Source: Candidatus Saccharimonadota bacterium
GTDB taxonomy: Bacteria; Patescibacteriota; Saccharimonadia; Saccharimonadales; Saccharimonadaceae
Direction of reading: 5' to 3'
Assembly (NCBI GenBank): GCA_030528355.1
Contig: JAUMZA010000001.1
Location: 71,177-135,176, forward strand
DNA: 64,000 bases
The notes beneath the pieces were generated by a model. It saw nothing but the letters and a program-made list of their open reading frames with translations. It did no database searches and was not told where the DNA came from. Of the stretch, positions 10,780-20,159 are shown piece by piece. How positions within the stretch are numbered: position 1 is the first letter of the stretch; each line of letters opens with the position of its first letter. The position numbers and the translations under genes were made by a program.

Positions 10780-11283
10780 CTATACCTCATCTATCTGCAT
10801 ATTACGTCGCCTAAAGCGTGGAGCGTTTGCGAACGGCGTCTCTAGCCACGCATCAATAATCTTTTGCCACTCCGTAGGGTTGTCTTCTAAAATACGAGCT
10901 GGCAAGCATAGTACGTTACTATCATTGTCATTACGGGTCATTTTAGCCTCATATTCATCCCAAATAACACTCGCACGAATCCCCCTAAAGCGATTTGCCG
11001 CCATACACATACCCTGTCCGCCGCCGCATAATAGAATTGCCCGAGCATCAGAAGCTTGCGGCTCACCCAGCACCTTTACGGCTGCCGCCTGAGCAAATTG
11101 TGGAAAATCATCATCTGGGTGCGGCTCAGTATCGCCCACATCGTATACGTCATAGCCACGCTTTTTTAGATATGTGTGAACTTCCTCCTTCAGTCGAAAG
11201 CCATTATGGTCAGAACCTAGAAAAATCTTCATACTTATAAGTATAAGCGTATTACCGCCCGATTGCAAGCTAGCCATCTTCAT
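10780..11283 (-). CDS. rpiB: Ribose-5-phosphate isomerase B (RpiB/LacAB family)
   Basis: N-terminus KIFLGSDHNGFRLKEEVHTYLKKRGYDVYDVG is typical of RpiB. The ORF-track start at 11283 probably over-extends; the likely start is the internal Met at MKIFLG. Confidence 0.85.
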   Translation of the reverse strand: MKMASLQSGGNTLILISMKIFLGSDHNGFRLKEEVHTYLKKRGYDVYDVGDTEPHPDDDFPQFAQAAAVKVLGEPQASDARAILLCGGGQGMCMAANRFRGIRASVIWDEYEAKMTRNDNDSNVLCLPARILEDNPTEWQKIIDAWLETPFANAPRFRRRNMQIDEV

Positions 11284-11333
11284 CTATACGCCATGAAATC
11301 AATTGCAAAATCCACCTCCCTACAGTCTAATTA

Positions 11334-11361
11334 TTGATTTTTTATAAAAATATGCTATACT
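11334..11361 (+). promoter_or_regulatory. Sigma70-like promoter (TTGATT -16 nt- TATACT) for the 11466 operon
   Basis: -35 TTGATT at 11334..11339, a 16-nt spacer, and -10 TATACT at 11356..11361. Confidence 0.55.
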
Positions 11362-11368
11362 AATTATT

Positions 11369-11437
11369 AGGCTTATTTAAGCCTGTTTGGCAATCGTGCC
11401 ATGTTCATTTACATCTGATATGCTTAAAAAGCATATC
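11369..11437 (+). promoter_or_regulatory. Structured 5' leader with two perfect hairpins upstream of the 11466 ORF
   Basis: First hairpin: AGGCTTA-TT-TAAGCCT at 11369..11384. Second hairpin: GATATGCTT-AAA-AAGCATATC at 11417..11437. Both lie between the predicted transcription start and the start codon. Confidence 0.45.
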
Positions 11438-11465
11438 ACCCTACCCTATAGAATAGGAGACAGCG

Positions 11466-11984
11466 ATGAATGGGTATGTAATACCTACTTCTCAAATCAA
11501 GACTAATGCAACTTACCATGATGTGCAGTTTGCCACCAGTGGACTGGTTGGTGCTACAAACCGCCCTATACCGTTGGCATTTTCGGCAGATTTCTTATGG
11601 GAGAAGCTCCATCAGGAGATTTTTACATTTATCGATACGCACTTCGATGACATTGCGATATACTACAAGAAAATCTGTTCGCACAGCATGGTTCTCAGTA
11701 ATCGTAGACTTAAGGTTCGAGTAGCTGTAGGTGACATCCAGCTTCAGTTTGATTTTTGGCTACAAAATCCCAATGAGGATGTAATAGAGGAGAGTTTGCA
11801 CAGCGAACTAATTGATGCTGATGCGAAGGTGGCAAGAGAAGCTCTTTTCAAGCTTATCAAATCACTGGAGCAGCATCTTGCATTCTATGCCGCTAGCCTT
11901 CTACAAAAAGCAGTGAAAGACGGCGTAACAAGCATACAAACGCCACACCCGGTATCCACCAAGCAATCCACTACCACACCCTAG
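11466..11984 (+). CDS. Hypothetical protein (first of a tandem pair)
   Basis: 172 aa with no signal peptide or TM helix. Weak collinear similarity to the next ORF. Confidence 0.6.
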   Translation: MNGYVIPTSQIKTNATYHDVQFATSGLVGATNRPIPLAFSADFLWEKLHQEIFTFIDTHFDDIAIYYKKICSHSMVLSNRRLKVRVAVGDIQLQFDFWLQNPNEDVIEESLHSELIDADAKVAREALFKLIKSLEQHLAFYAASLLQKAVKDGVTSIQTPHPVSTKQSTTTP

Positions 11985-11994
11985 GAGGACTATC

Positions 11995-12456
11995 ATGTCG
12001 ACGACAACATCACACTCCAAGATAGAGCTTTGCGTCAATAACGGGAAGCTGTTCGCAACTGCTATGGCTATAATTACCACCGAGACCCCGCGCTTCTTAT
12101 TGTGCGAGAGTAATCTTGTGCGTAAACTACTGTACCAGGAAGCAGAAAGCCTTGCAAGTAATGAGGTCATTCTCAAAAACCTTATCACAGAGCAAAGTCA
12201 TCGCTGTGTAGAAGGTCGACCTGGAGTTCATGCAGAAATGCATAGGTCTTTGACTGTGGATGATATGAAGATAGAAATCTACTTCTTTATTCACCCGGCT
12301 TTCATACCCTGGCGCATAAAATGCATGTTCTTAGATAGTGCTGGGCCTAGCCTAGATGAACTCAACAGGCAAGAACTCGCCCTGCACGCAGACTCCCTTA
12401 CGCAAAAGCTACAAGATACCCTTGGTGCATCAACCAGGGAACCTGTCGGGCCGTAA
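11995..12456 (+). CDS. Hypothetical protein (second of the tandem pair)
   Basis: 153 aa, 10 nt after the previous ORF, preceded by AGGAGGAC. Confidence 0.6.
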   Translation: MSTTTSHSKIELCVNNGKLFATAMAIITTETPRFLLCESNLVRKLLYQEAESLASNEVILKNLITEQSHRCVEGRPGVHAEMHRSLTVDDMKIEIYFFIHPAFIPWRIKCMFLDSAGPSLDELNRQELALHADSLTQKLQDTLGASTREPVGP

Positions 12457-12537
12457 GGAAACCATTCAATCCACTACCTATAGGAGCAGCATGTAACTGA
12501 CCTGTCATATCCAAACTGGCGTAGTTACTACGCAATA

Positions 12538-12571
12538 CCCCCTCTTACAGAAGAGGGGGCTTTCTTTGTTT
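12538..12571 (+). terminator. Intrinsic terminator (8-bp GC stem plus T-tract), usable from both strands
   Basis: CCCCTCTT-ACAG-AAGAGGGG followed by GCTTTCTTTGTTT. It sits between the end of the 11995 ORF and the convergent gap gene. Confidence 0.7.
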
Positions 12572-13580
12572 AGATAGTCCTGCCGATATCGGCCACTAGT
12601 TCGACCAAGCGGTTGCTATAGCCCCATTCGTTGTCATACCATACACAAATTTTTACTAGGTCACCATCAACCACCCGAGTAAGCGGCAAGTCTACAATAC
12701 CAGAATGACTATTGCCAATGTAATCACGGCTTACCAGCGGTTCGTTACTCACTGCTAGCACGCCTTGATAAAACGGCTCGGCCGCCGCCTTAGTAAAGAC
12801 TGCGTTAATCTCCTCTACAGTAGTAGGACGCTTTAGTAATGCAGTCACATCACTAATCGACACTACAGGAGTTGGCACACGCATGCTAATGCCATCAAAC
12901 TTACCCTTTAGGCCTGGCAATGCCTTGGTAACTGCGATAGCCGCCCCAGTGCTGGTTGGTACGATATTTTCCGCTGCATTACGACCCTCGCGCAAATCCT
13001 TGGCAGGTGCATCTTGGATTCGCTGGCTAGCGGTATAGCTATGCACGGTAGTCAGCATTGATTTCTGCACGCCAAATTCTGCATCCAAAATCGCCATCAC
13101 GGCACCAAGACTATTAGTAGTACAACTCGCATTGCTTACTACTGGCGTTGCTGTGCGGATTTTCTCATCATTTGCCCCTAGCACAATTGTATCGGCATCA
13201 TCTGATTTAGTCGGACCACTAATCACCACCCGACGAGCACCCGCTTGAATATGCTTGGCGGCGTCTTCTGACTTGGTGAAGAAGCCAGTTGATTCAATCA
13301 CTACATCAATATCCATACCTCGCCACGGTAGTGATGCTGGGTCACGCTCGCTCAGCACCGCAATATGTTTACCGTTCACTTTTATGCCTGTGTCGGTAGC
13401 TTCTACCTCATGGTGATACGTGCCATAGTTGCTATCATGCTTTAGCAGATAGGCTAGTGTTTTTGTATCGGTTAAATCATTAATTGCCACGATTTCGATA
13501 TCGTTACGTTCAAAGGCAATCTTAAAAGCACTGCGGCCAATTCGCCCAAAGCCATTAATGGCGATTTTTGTTACACTCAT
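12570..13580 (-). CDS. gap: Glyceraldehyde-3-phosphate dehydrogenase
   Basis: INGFGRIGR NAD-binding motif and the ASCTTN active-site cysteine motif. Confidence 0.95.
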   Translation of the reverse strand: MSVTKIAINGFGRIGRSAFKIAFERNDIEIVAINDLTDTKTLAYLLKHDSNYGTYHHEVEATDTGIKVNGKHIAVLSERDPASLPWRGMDIDVVIESTGFFTKSEDAAKHIQAGARRVVISGPTKSDDADTIVLGANDEKIRTATPVVSNASCTTNSLGAVMAILDAEFGVQKSMLTTVHSYTASQRIQDAPAKDLREGRNAAENIVPTSTGAAIAVTKALPGLKGKFDGISMRVPTPVVSISDVTALLKRPTTVEEINAVFTKAAAEPFYQGVLAVSNEPLVSRDYIGNSHSGIVDLPLTRVVDGDLVKICVWYDNEWGYSNRLVELVADIGRTI

Positions 13581-13693
13581 GCTGTGTCCCTCCCGTTATG
13601 TAAATAGTGTTAGTTATTGCTTTTGCTTATTATTGTAGCGTGTTAGTCGCCAATTGTATAGACTTTCCTCCGTCACTTTTTGCCAAGTCATAG

Positions 13694-13699
13694 TATAAT
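13694..13699 (+). promoter_or_regulatory. -10 box (TATAAT) 6 nt upstream of the rel ATG; likely leaderless transcript
   Basis: TATAAT at 13694..13699 and ATG at 13706. Confidence 0.4.
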
Positions 13700-13705
13700 A
13701 AGCAT

Positions 13706-15244
13706 ATGAAACGGCGTGAATTACTCGATTTAGCAACCCAGCTCTACACAGAGGATGAAATTTTTGAACTTGAGCTTGCAATCGATTTTGCCACGCATGC
13801 CCATCACGGGCAAACTCGCAAAAGTGGCGAACCCTATATCACCCATCCGCTAGCTGTTGCAGCTATTTTGATAGACTGGGCGATGGATATCGATACGGTA
13901 CTTGCTGGCGTACTACACGACACAGTGGAGGATACCGACGCTACGCTTGATGAAATTGAATCATTGTTTGGACGTGATGTAGCCTTTTTAGTAGATGGCG
14001 TCACAAAAGTTGGACAAGCCCGAGCTGGCATGAAACATCTTAAGCACTATTTGCCACAAACTACCGACAACCTTTCAAAACTCCTGATTGCCATTAGCCA
14101 AGATGTGCGAGTGATTATTATTAAGCTGGCAGATAGGCTCCACAACCTACGCACTCTGCAGCATATGAAGCCAGAAAAGCAGCAGAAAATCGCCAAAGAA
14201 AGCCTTGAGGTATTTGCCACCATGGCAGACAGACTGGGTATGGGGCAAGTGCGTATGCAAATTGAAGAATTAGCGTTTAGCTATCTTGACCCGCACGAAT
14301 TTAATCGCCTTAAAAACATCATGAAAAAGCGGCTCGGTAAAAGCACTCGCAAGCTAGGTGCAGTGCGACTAGAGGTAGAGCAGCGATTGCAAGAAGAAAA
14401 CATTGATTTTGAAATTAACGGTCGTGTCAAAAGTATTTACAGTCTGTTCAAAAAGCTAAAAAAGGTTGATGGCAATATTGATGATATTTACGATTTAATG
14501 GCATTGCGAATTATTGTCCATACTAAAGAAGAATGTTACCGTGTGTTGGGGATTTTACATAGCATGTATCAGCCGATGATTGCCCGCATTAAAGATTACA
14601 TCTCGGTACCAAAACCAAACGGTTATCAAAGCTTGCACACCACGGTGATTACCCCAAACAAGCAAATTGTTGAGTTTCAGATTCGCACGCACGAGATGCA
14701 CGAATATGCCGAACGTGGATTGGCGGCCAGCTTCCACTATCATGAGCAAAAATCACGCAAGCAATATGCCCGCAAGGGTGGCTCAACTAGCCTACCGCCG
14801 CAACTGCAGTGGATTTCTCGCTTGCAAGAGATTGCCCAACAACTCACTAACAATGAAGAGATTAGTCGAGATCAGCTTAATGTGGATCTATTTGGCGACC
14901 GTATTTTCGTATATTCGCCCAAAGGTGATATTTATAATTTACCCGAAGGTGCCTTGCCGCTTGATTTTGCCTACCTAGTGCACACCGATGTTGGCAAGCA
15001 CGCTTACGCCTTTAAGGTAAACGGTTCAATTCAGGCGTTTGATAAGCCGCTCATAAATGGCGACATGGTTGAAGTAATTACTCGCAAAACTACCAGCCCT
15101 AAAAAAGAATGGCTCGATATGGTAAAAACCAGCCATGCTCGCACCAAAATCCGCACCCAACTTAAGCAACTTGGTGTAATCGACTCCATCACCCAGGCAG
15201 CAGCTATTATTCGGGATAAGGCACTGCGTAAAAATAACAGCTAA
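13706..15244 (+). CDS. rel: Bifunctional (p)ppGpp synthetase/hydrolase (RelA/SpoT family), short form lacking the ACT region
   Basis: 512 aa with an HD hydrolase motif (HHGQTRKSGEPYITHPLAVA), a RelA_SpoT synthetase domain and a TGS domain. Confidence 0.9.
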   Translation: MKRRELLDLATQLYTEDEIFELELAIDFATHAHHGQTRKSGEPYITHPLAVAAILIDWAMDIDTVLAGVLHDTVEDTDATLDEIESLFGRDVAFLVDGVTKVGQARAGMKHLKHYLPQTTDNLSKLLIAISQDVRVIIIKLADRLHNLRTLQHMKPEKQQKIAKESLEVFATMADRLGMGQVRMQIEELAFSYLDPHEFNRLKNIMKKRLGKSTRKLGAVRLEVEQRLQEENIDFEINGRVKSIYSLFKKLKKVDGNIDDIYDLMALRIIVHTKEECYRVLGILHSMYQPMIARIKDYISVPKPNGYQSLHTTVITPNKQIVEFQIRTHEMHEYAERGLAASFHYHEQKSRKQYARKGGSTSLPPQLQWISRLQEIAQQLTNNEEISRDQLNVDLFGDRIFVYSPKGDIYNLPEGALPLDFAYLVHTDVGKHAYAFKVNGSIQAFDKPLINGDMVEVITRKTTSPKKEWLDMVKTSHARTKIRTQLKQLGVIDSITQAAAIIRDKALRKNNS

Positions 15245-15278
15245 ATACCCGCAGTACAATACTGCTCGCACCATACAA

Positions 15279-15303
15279 ATAGCCCCGCTTCTTGCGGGGC
15301 TAT
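15279..15303. terminator. Bidirectional hairpin between convergent rel and ppa
   Basis: ATAGCCCCGC-TTCT-TGCGGGGCTAT, a perfect 10-bp stem. Confidence 0.5.
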
Positions 15304-15325
15304 TGCTTGCCAGCTGCACTGCGAA

Positions 15326-15871
15326 CTATGACGCTGCGTAGTCGCTTGCGTTCCAGCGTTTGATAGATTCATGGATGACGGCTTTTGCTTCTTCTACATC
15401 ACCCCATGACTCAACCTTGGTGGTGCCAGGTTTTTTCAAATCTTTGTAGTGATTAAAGTGGAATTCAATCTGCTTAATAAGCTGGGCCGGCACATCTGCA
15501 AGCGATTGAATCGCATTGCCGGTATGGCGATCATCGGCCGGTACAGCCACAATTTTATCATCAACTTCGCCATCATCAACAAACTTCATCACGCCAATCA
15601 CACGAGCTTCAAGATATACGCCAGTAGCGAGCGGCTCTTCGGTGAGCAGTAATACATCCAGCTCATCGCCATCTTCATCAAGCGTTTGTGGAATAAAGCC
15701 GTAGTTAGTTGGCTTGGCAAACACCATTGGCTCATCACGGTCCAGCTTAAATAGCTTTTTGTTACGATCCCACTCAATTTTATGATTCGAGCCACGAGGA
15801 ATCTCATTAACTACGGTAATTAGCCCGGCATCAATATCGCCTGGCGTAAGCACTGCATTATAGTCGCCCAT
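15326..15871 (-). CDS. ppa: Inorganic pyrophosphatase
   Basis: 181 aa with the DGDELDVLL motif. Confidence 0.9.
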   Translation of the reverse strand: MGDYNAVLTPGDIDAGLITVVNEIPRGSNHKIEWDRNKKLFKLDRDEPMVFAKPTNYGFIPQTLDEDGDELDVLLLTEEPLATGVYLEARVIGVMKFVDDGEVDDKIVAVPADDRHTGNAIQSLADVPAQLIKQIEFHFNHYKDLKKPGTTKVESWGDVEEAKAVIHESIKRWNASDYAAS

Positions 15872-15927
15872 ATTTTCTCCTTCTTATTTGATTAGACTTG
15901 CTATGTTCTAGTATACTATAAGGTAGC

Positions 15928-16617
15928 ATGTTAGTCATTGGACATAGAGGTGCCTGTGGGCTTGCGCCGGAAAACACCCTTGCATCAATGCACGCAGCAG
16001 TTGCGGCAGGAGTATTGATTTTGGAGTTTGATGTGCAAACGACCAAAGATGGGATTCCGGTAGTGATTCATGATGCCAGCCTGCTACGAACCCATAAAAA
16101 ACGTCGCCGTATTAGCTCACTTACTGCCAAGGAGTTGCGTATTCTTACCACCGATTGCCAACCCGTGCCAACCTTGGCACAGGTGCTCGATGCCTACTGG
16201 GGAAGAGTATATCTTAATATAGAAATTAAAGGCAAGGGCACAGCGGCAGCAGTAGTGAAACTGCTACAAGAATACTGTGATACTAATGAGTGTTGGGATA
16301 ATTGCTTTATTTCATCGTTTAGTGTGCGCGAACTTAAGACGGTGCGAGCACTCGCCCCACATGCCAACCTTGCCTTACTACACAATCGCAATCCATTTGC
16401 CTTTTTAGCCTATTATCGACAACTAGGACTTGCGGCAGTTGGCTGGCATCGGCTCTACACTAGCCAGCTTGCTACCGAGATTGCCAAGCGTATGGGATTA
16501 TTTACCTATGTATACACTGTCAATCGCCCCAGTGCCGCCCAGCTGTTTGCCCAGCAAGGGTTTGATGCCGTTGTGACCGATCGGCCAGATATTATTCATG
16601 CCGCAACAAAAGACTGA
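15928..16617 (+). CDS. Glycerophosphodiester phosphodiesterase
   Basis: N-terminal HRGACGLAPENT motif of the GDPD family. Confidence 0.8.
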   Translation: MLVIGHRGACGLAPENTLASMHAAVAAGVLILEFDVQTTKDGIPVVIHDASLLRTHKKRRRISSLTAKELRILTTDCQPVPTLAQVLDAYWGRVYLNIEIKGKGTAAAVVKLLQEYCDTNECWDNCFISSFSVRELKTVRALAPHANLALLHNRNPFAFLAYYRQLGLAAVGWHRLYTSQLATEIAKRMGLFTYVYTVNRPSAAQLFAQQGFDAVVTDRPDIIHAATKD

Positions 16618-16670
16618 GCCCATCTTTTAGTGACGGACTCAGTATAGCTACACGGTTCGTAACGAATGAC

Positions 16671-17609
16671 TTACGCAGATTGGCGATGTTTTTCTTCAAG
16701 ATATTCACGGATTGATAGTGCCGCAATTGCACCCTCACCAACCGCACTGGCAATTTGCATAGTTGCTCCGCTGCGAACATCACCGCAGGCAAACACACCT
16801 GGTATGTTAGTAGCCAGCTTATCGTTAGTTTTTACCAAGCCTTGTGCATCAAGTTCAACACCACTCCCCGCCAAAAAGCCAGTATTTGGGTTCAGCCCAA
16901 TAAAGACGAATACGCCATCAGCTGCCACATGGCGAGACTCACCCGCCCGCTCAACCTGCACACCAGTCACAACTCCATCTCGACTGGTAATCTCTTGCGG
17001 CACAGCACCAAGATGCACCGTAATAGCACCTGCATCAATATGCTTTTGCAATTCTTTTTGTAGCACCTCGCTTGCTTTAACAGTGCTGCGCACCAAGAGC
17101 TCAACATGTGAAGCAAATCGTGTTAAGAAAATAGCTTCTTGTACAGCTGAATTACCGCCACCAATCACCGCAAGGCGTTTTTCGCGATAAAATGCTCCGT
17201 CGCAAGTGGCACAATAATGCACACCTCGGCCATAGAACTCATCTTCACCCGGTACACCAGTTTTTTTATGACTACTGCCGGTAGCAATAAGCACCGACTC
17301 CGCTGTCACCGGCTTGCCATCAATTTGCAATTCGATGTAATCCTCCACCCGACGCAGGGCAGTCACTTCGCCAAATTCAATTTCAGCACCAAATCGCTCC
17401 GCTTGCGATTGCAATTGCATCGCCAGCTTCATACCTTCTACACCGTCTGGAAAGCCTGGGTAATTATCGATTTTATCAGTGATAGCCGCCATACCGCCAA
17501 CTACACCCTTTTCGTATAGCACCGTGGGAATATCTTCACGGGTGGTGTAAATTGCTGCCGTGAGGGCACTAGGGCCAGCTCCAATTACTACTACTGGTTT
17601 ATGTGTCAT
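16671..17609 (-). CDS. trxB: Thioredoxin-disulfide reductase
   Basis: 312 aa with GAGPSALTAA (FAD-binding), the redox CATCDG motif and GGGNSA (NADPH-binding). Confidence 0.9.
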   Translation of the reverse strand: MTHKPVVVIGAGPSALTAAIYTTREDIPTVLYEKGVVGGMAAITDKIDNYPGFPDGVEGMKLAMQLQSQAERFGAEIEFGEVTALRRVEDYIELQIDGKPVTAESVLIATGSSHKKTGVPGEDEFYGRGVHYCATCDGAFYREKRLAVIGGGNSAVQEAIFLTRFASHVELLVRSTVKASEVLQKELQKHIDAGAITVHLGAVPQEITSRDGVVTGVQVERAGESRHVAADGVFVFIGLNPNTGFLAGSGVELDAQGLVKTNDKLATNIPGVFACGDVRSGATMQIASAVGEGAIAALSIREYLEEKHRQSA

Positions 17610-17610
17610 A

Positions 17611-18288
17611 TTAATGGGCTCCGTATAAATCTGCTAGTTCTTTTGGTATTTCGGGTGCAGTCAATGAACTTTTTTCTACTGCCACCAGGATAAACTTCAG
17701 GGGTGCGTTTGCAGGGATATCATCGCTCTTTTTTTGATTACCATAGGCAAGCTCACTTGGAATTGTTAGCTCACGCACGCCGCCAATCTTCATGCCAACC
17801 ACGCCTTTTTGCCAACCAACAATTGCTGATGATGGATCAAATGGCGGTGCTAATATGCCACCATCCTTCAGTGAACTATCAAAAATCTTACCCTTTTCGT
17901 TCCAGCCGATGTAATAGGCTCGCATATCGCTTGGTGATTTTACCTCTGCACCAGTACCTTCTTTCAGATCCTTCTTGCCAAGTTCCTTCACTTTTGAACC
18001 ATCAAATGGCTGCGCCTGATTTTTGTAGCTTGCAACCTCTTCGTAATATTTTGGCGACAAGCCCGTTGCCTCGGCCTCAACCTGCCGCTGATACTCTTCA
18101 AACTTTTTTTGATACTCGGCCATTAGCTTGCTGGCTTTTTCTTGTTTTTCCGTTCGCTCTCTTGCATCAATGTGGTTGTTTTCGTTCGCAAGAATCATAA
18201 TAAAAAACGAACCAATTGTACCTACGGCCATAACCGTGGCAATAATAATAATCCCTATGCGTTGCGCTGTCGATGTTGACGATGCCAT
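17611..18288 (-). CDS. FKBP-type peptidyl-prolyl cis-trans isomerase, membrane-anchored
   Basis: N-terminal TM helix followed by an FKBP domain (YYIGWNEKGKIFDSS...ELTIPSELAYG). Confidence 0.8.
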   Translation of the reverse strand: MASSTSTAQRIGIIIIATVMAVGTIGSFFIMILANENNHIDARERTEKQEKASKLMAEYQKKFEEYQRQVEAEATGLSPKYYEEVASYKNQAQPFDGSKVKELGKKDLKEGTGAEVKSPSDMRAYYIGWNEKGKIFDSSLKDGGILAPPFDPSSAIVGWQKGVVGMKIGGVRELTIPSELAYGNQKKSDDIPANAPLKFILVAVEKSSLTAPEIPKELADLYGAH

Positions 18289-18348
18289 ACTCCCCCTCTG
18301 CTGGTTATATCTGTATTTTCACTATTAGTTTTATTGTATCACAGCTCG

Positions 18349-20130
18349 CTAACTTGCCATATCAAATTTCTTGAGCTTCTGGCGTGCAGCCTTGGTAGTG
18401 CCAAATTGTAATTTTAGCAACTGGGCATAGATACCGTCGGTAGCAGCCAGCTTTTGCGGTGAACCAATTTCATCGATCTGCCCACCTTTGAGTGTGACGA
18501 TCGTATCAACATTTGCAATCGTACTAAGACGATGGGCGATGATCAGCGTTGTGCGACCCTTCATGAGTCGATCTAGTGCAATTTGCACCTCGTGTTCGGC
18601 ATGACTATCCAATGCCGAAGTTGCTTCATCCAAAATTAAGATTGGTGCATCTTTTAGAATTGCCCGGGCAATAGCGATACGCTGCTTTTGGCCGCCACTA
18701 AGCTTAATACCTCGCTCACCAATCTCGGTATCGAAGCCGTCCTCTAACGCCATAATAAACTCATACGCATTGGCCGCTCGAGCCGCCTTTTCAATCTGTG
18801 CCCGAGTTGCCGACGGGTTAGCATAAGCAATATTTTCACGGATAGTGCCACTAAAGAGTGACGCATCCTGAAAGACAGTTGCTATCATGCCACGCAAACT
18901 GATAGCTGAAATCTCATTAATTGGCGTGTTGTTAATGGTAATGGTGCCGCTTTTTGGCTCGTACAGTCGCATCAATAAGTTTGAAAGTGTCGTTTTACCC
19001 CCGCCACTTTGGCTTACTAGGGCAACTTTTTTGCCTGGCTCAATCGTAAAGCTAATATTTTTTACAATCGGTGCTTTATCGCCATAAGCAAACGTCACAT
19101 CACGATACGCCACCGTGGCAGATTTTGTGACCATTTTATTCCCACGAGACGCAACAGCAGGCTCCGCTAACTCACTCATCGCTGCCGCATAATCCTTGCT
19201 ATTAGCGACCGCCCGCTGGTACATATCCACAAAGAAGCTCATATTTTGCAGCGGCTGGCTTGTTTGTTGCAATAATGTAATCAGCAGCACCATGTCGCCA
19301 AGTGTAATTTGCCCGTAGGCTGCTCGCCAAAATAAAATTGCGTACACCACTACATAAACCGCCACACGCACCAGGGCACGCAAAGTGTCCATCGTGTGCC
19401 AATAGCGAGATTGCAGCCGGGTAATACACACTGTGTCATCAAAATGGTTGGCAAAAAACTTAGCTTCACGAGCTTCGGTGCCGTAGCTTTTTACTAACCG
19501 CATCTGCCCAACCACCTCCGCAAAGCGTCCACGAGCAATATCGAGATGTTGATTTTTTTCGGCCTCCATTTTTTGCCAACGCTTACTGGTACGCATTGTA
19601 AGGTAGATATAGATCGGTATTTGCACCACTACCACCAAGGCAATCTCCCAGGAATACCAACACATCACAGCAATTGCAATAACAATTGTAAGCAGCATAT
19701 GCAGCAGCATATTGCTAAACATCTGGATAAAGCGGGTTACGTCAGCAATGGCACGATCCAGTCTGCTGATGATGGTGCCGGTTTTTTCATTATCGTAATA
19801 CGATTGCGGCAATGTCAATAAATGATTATAATATGCTTGGCTTAGCTGCTGACGCAGACGAATCGCCAGCATGTCACCCACATATCCCGTAAGATTATGA
19901 AGTAGTTCGCTAACGACATACGCAACAACCAGGGCGATAATCAACCCAGAAAGCAATTGCACGTTGAGCGACTTACCCGCCACGCTCGCCGCCACCTCAT
20001 CGGTTGCAAATTTAATAACAAACGGGGTTACCATCCCCAGCAATGCACTCACCGTGCCTGCAATCGCAACGAACACCATGTGCTTACGGAGATTCTTTGC
20101 GTAACTAAATAGCCGAATTATTTCTTTCAT
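18349..20130 (-). CDS. ABC exporter, fused permease-ATPase (MsbA-like)
   Basis: 593 aa with 6 TM helices plus an NBD carrying Walker A GGGKTT, signature [14 protein letters not shown] and Walker [13 protein letters not shown]. Confidence 0.85.
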   Translation of the reverse strand: MKEIIRLFSYAKNLRKHMVFVAIAGTVSALLGMVTPFVIKFATDEVAASVAGKSLNVQLLSGLIIALVVAYVVSELLHNLTGYVGDMLAIRLRQQLSQAYYNHLLTLPQSYYDNEKTGTIISRLDRAIADVTRFIQMFSNMLLHMLLTIVIAIAVMCWYSWEIALVVVVQIPIYIYLTMRTSKRWQKMEAEKNQHLDIARGRFAEVVGQMRLVKSYGTEAREAKFFANHFDDTVCITRLQSRYWHTMDTLRALVRVAVYVVVYAILFWRAAYGQITLGDMVLLITLLQQTSQPLQNMSFFVDMYQRAVANSKDYAAAMSELAEPAVASRGNKMVTKSATVAYRDVTFAYGDKAPIVKNISFTIEPGKKVALVSQSGGGKTTLSNLLMRLYEPKSGTITINNTPINEISAISLRGMIATVFQDASLFSGTIRENIAYANPSATRAQIEKAARAANAYEFIMALEDGFDTEIGERGIKLSGGQKQRIAIARAILKDAPILILDEATSALDSHAEHEVQIALDRLMKGRTTLIIAHRLSTIANVDTIVTLKGGQIDEIGSPQKLAATDGIYAQLLKLQFGTTKAARQKLKKFDMAS

Positions 20131-20159
20131 GCCTCTATTATACCACCGCTTTTTTTGCT

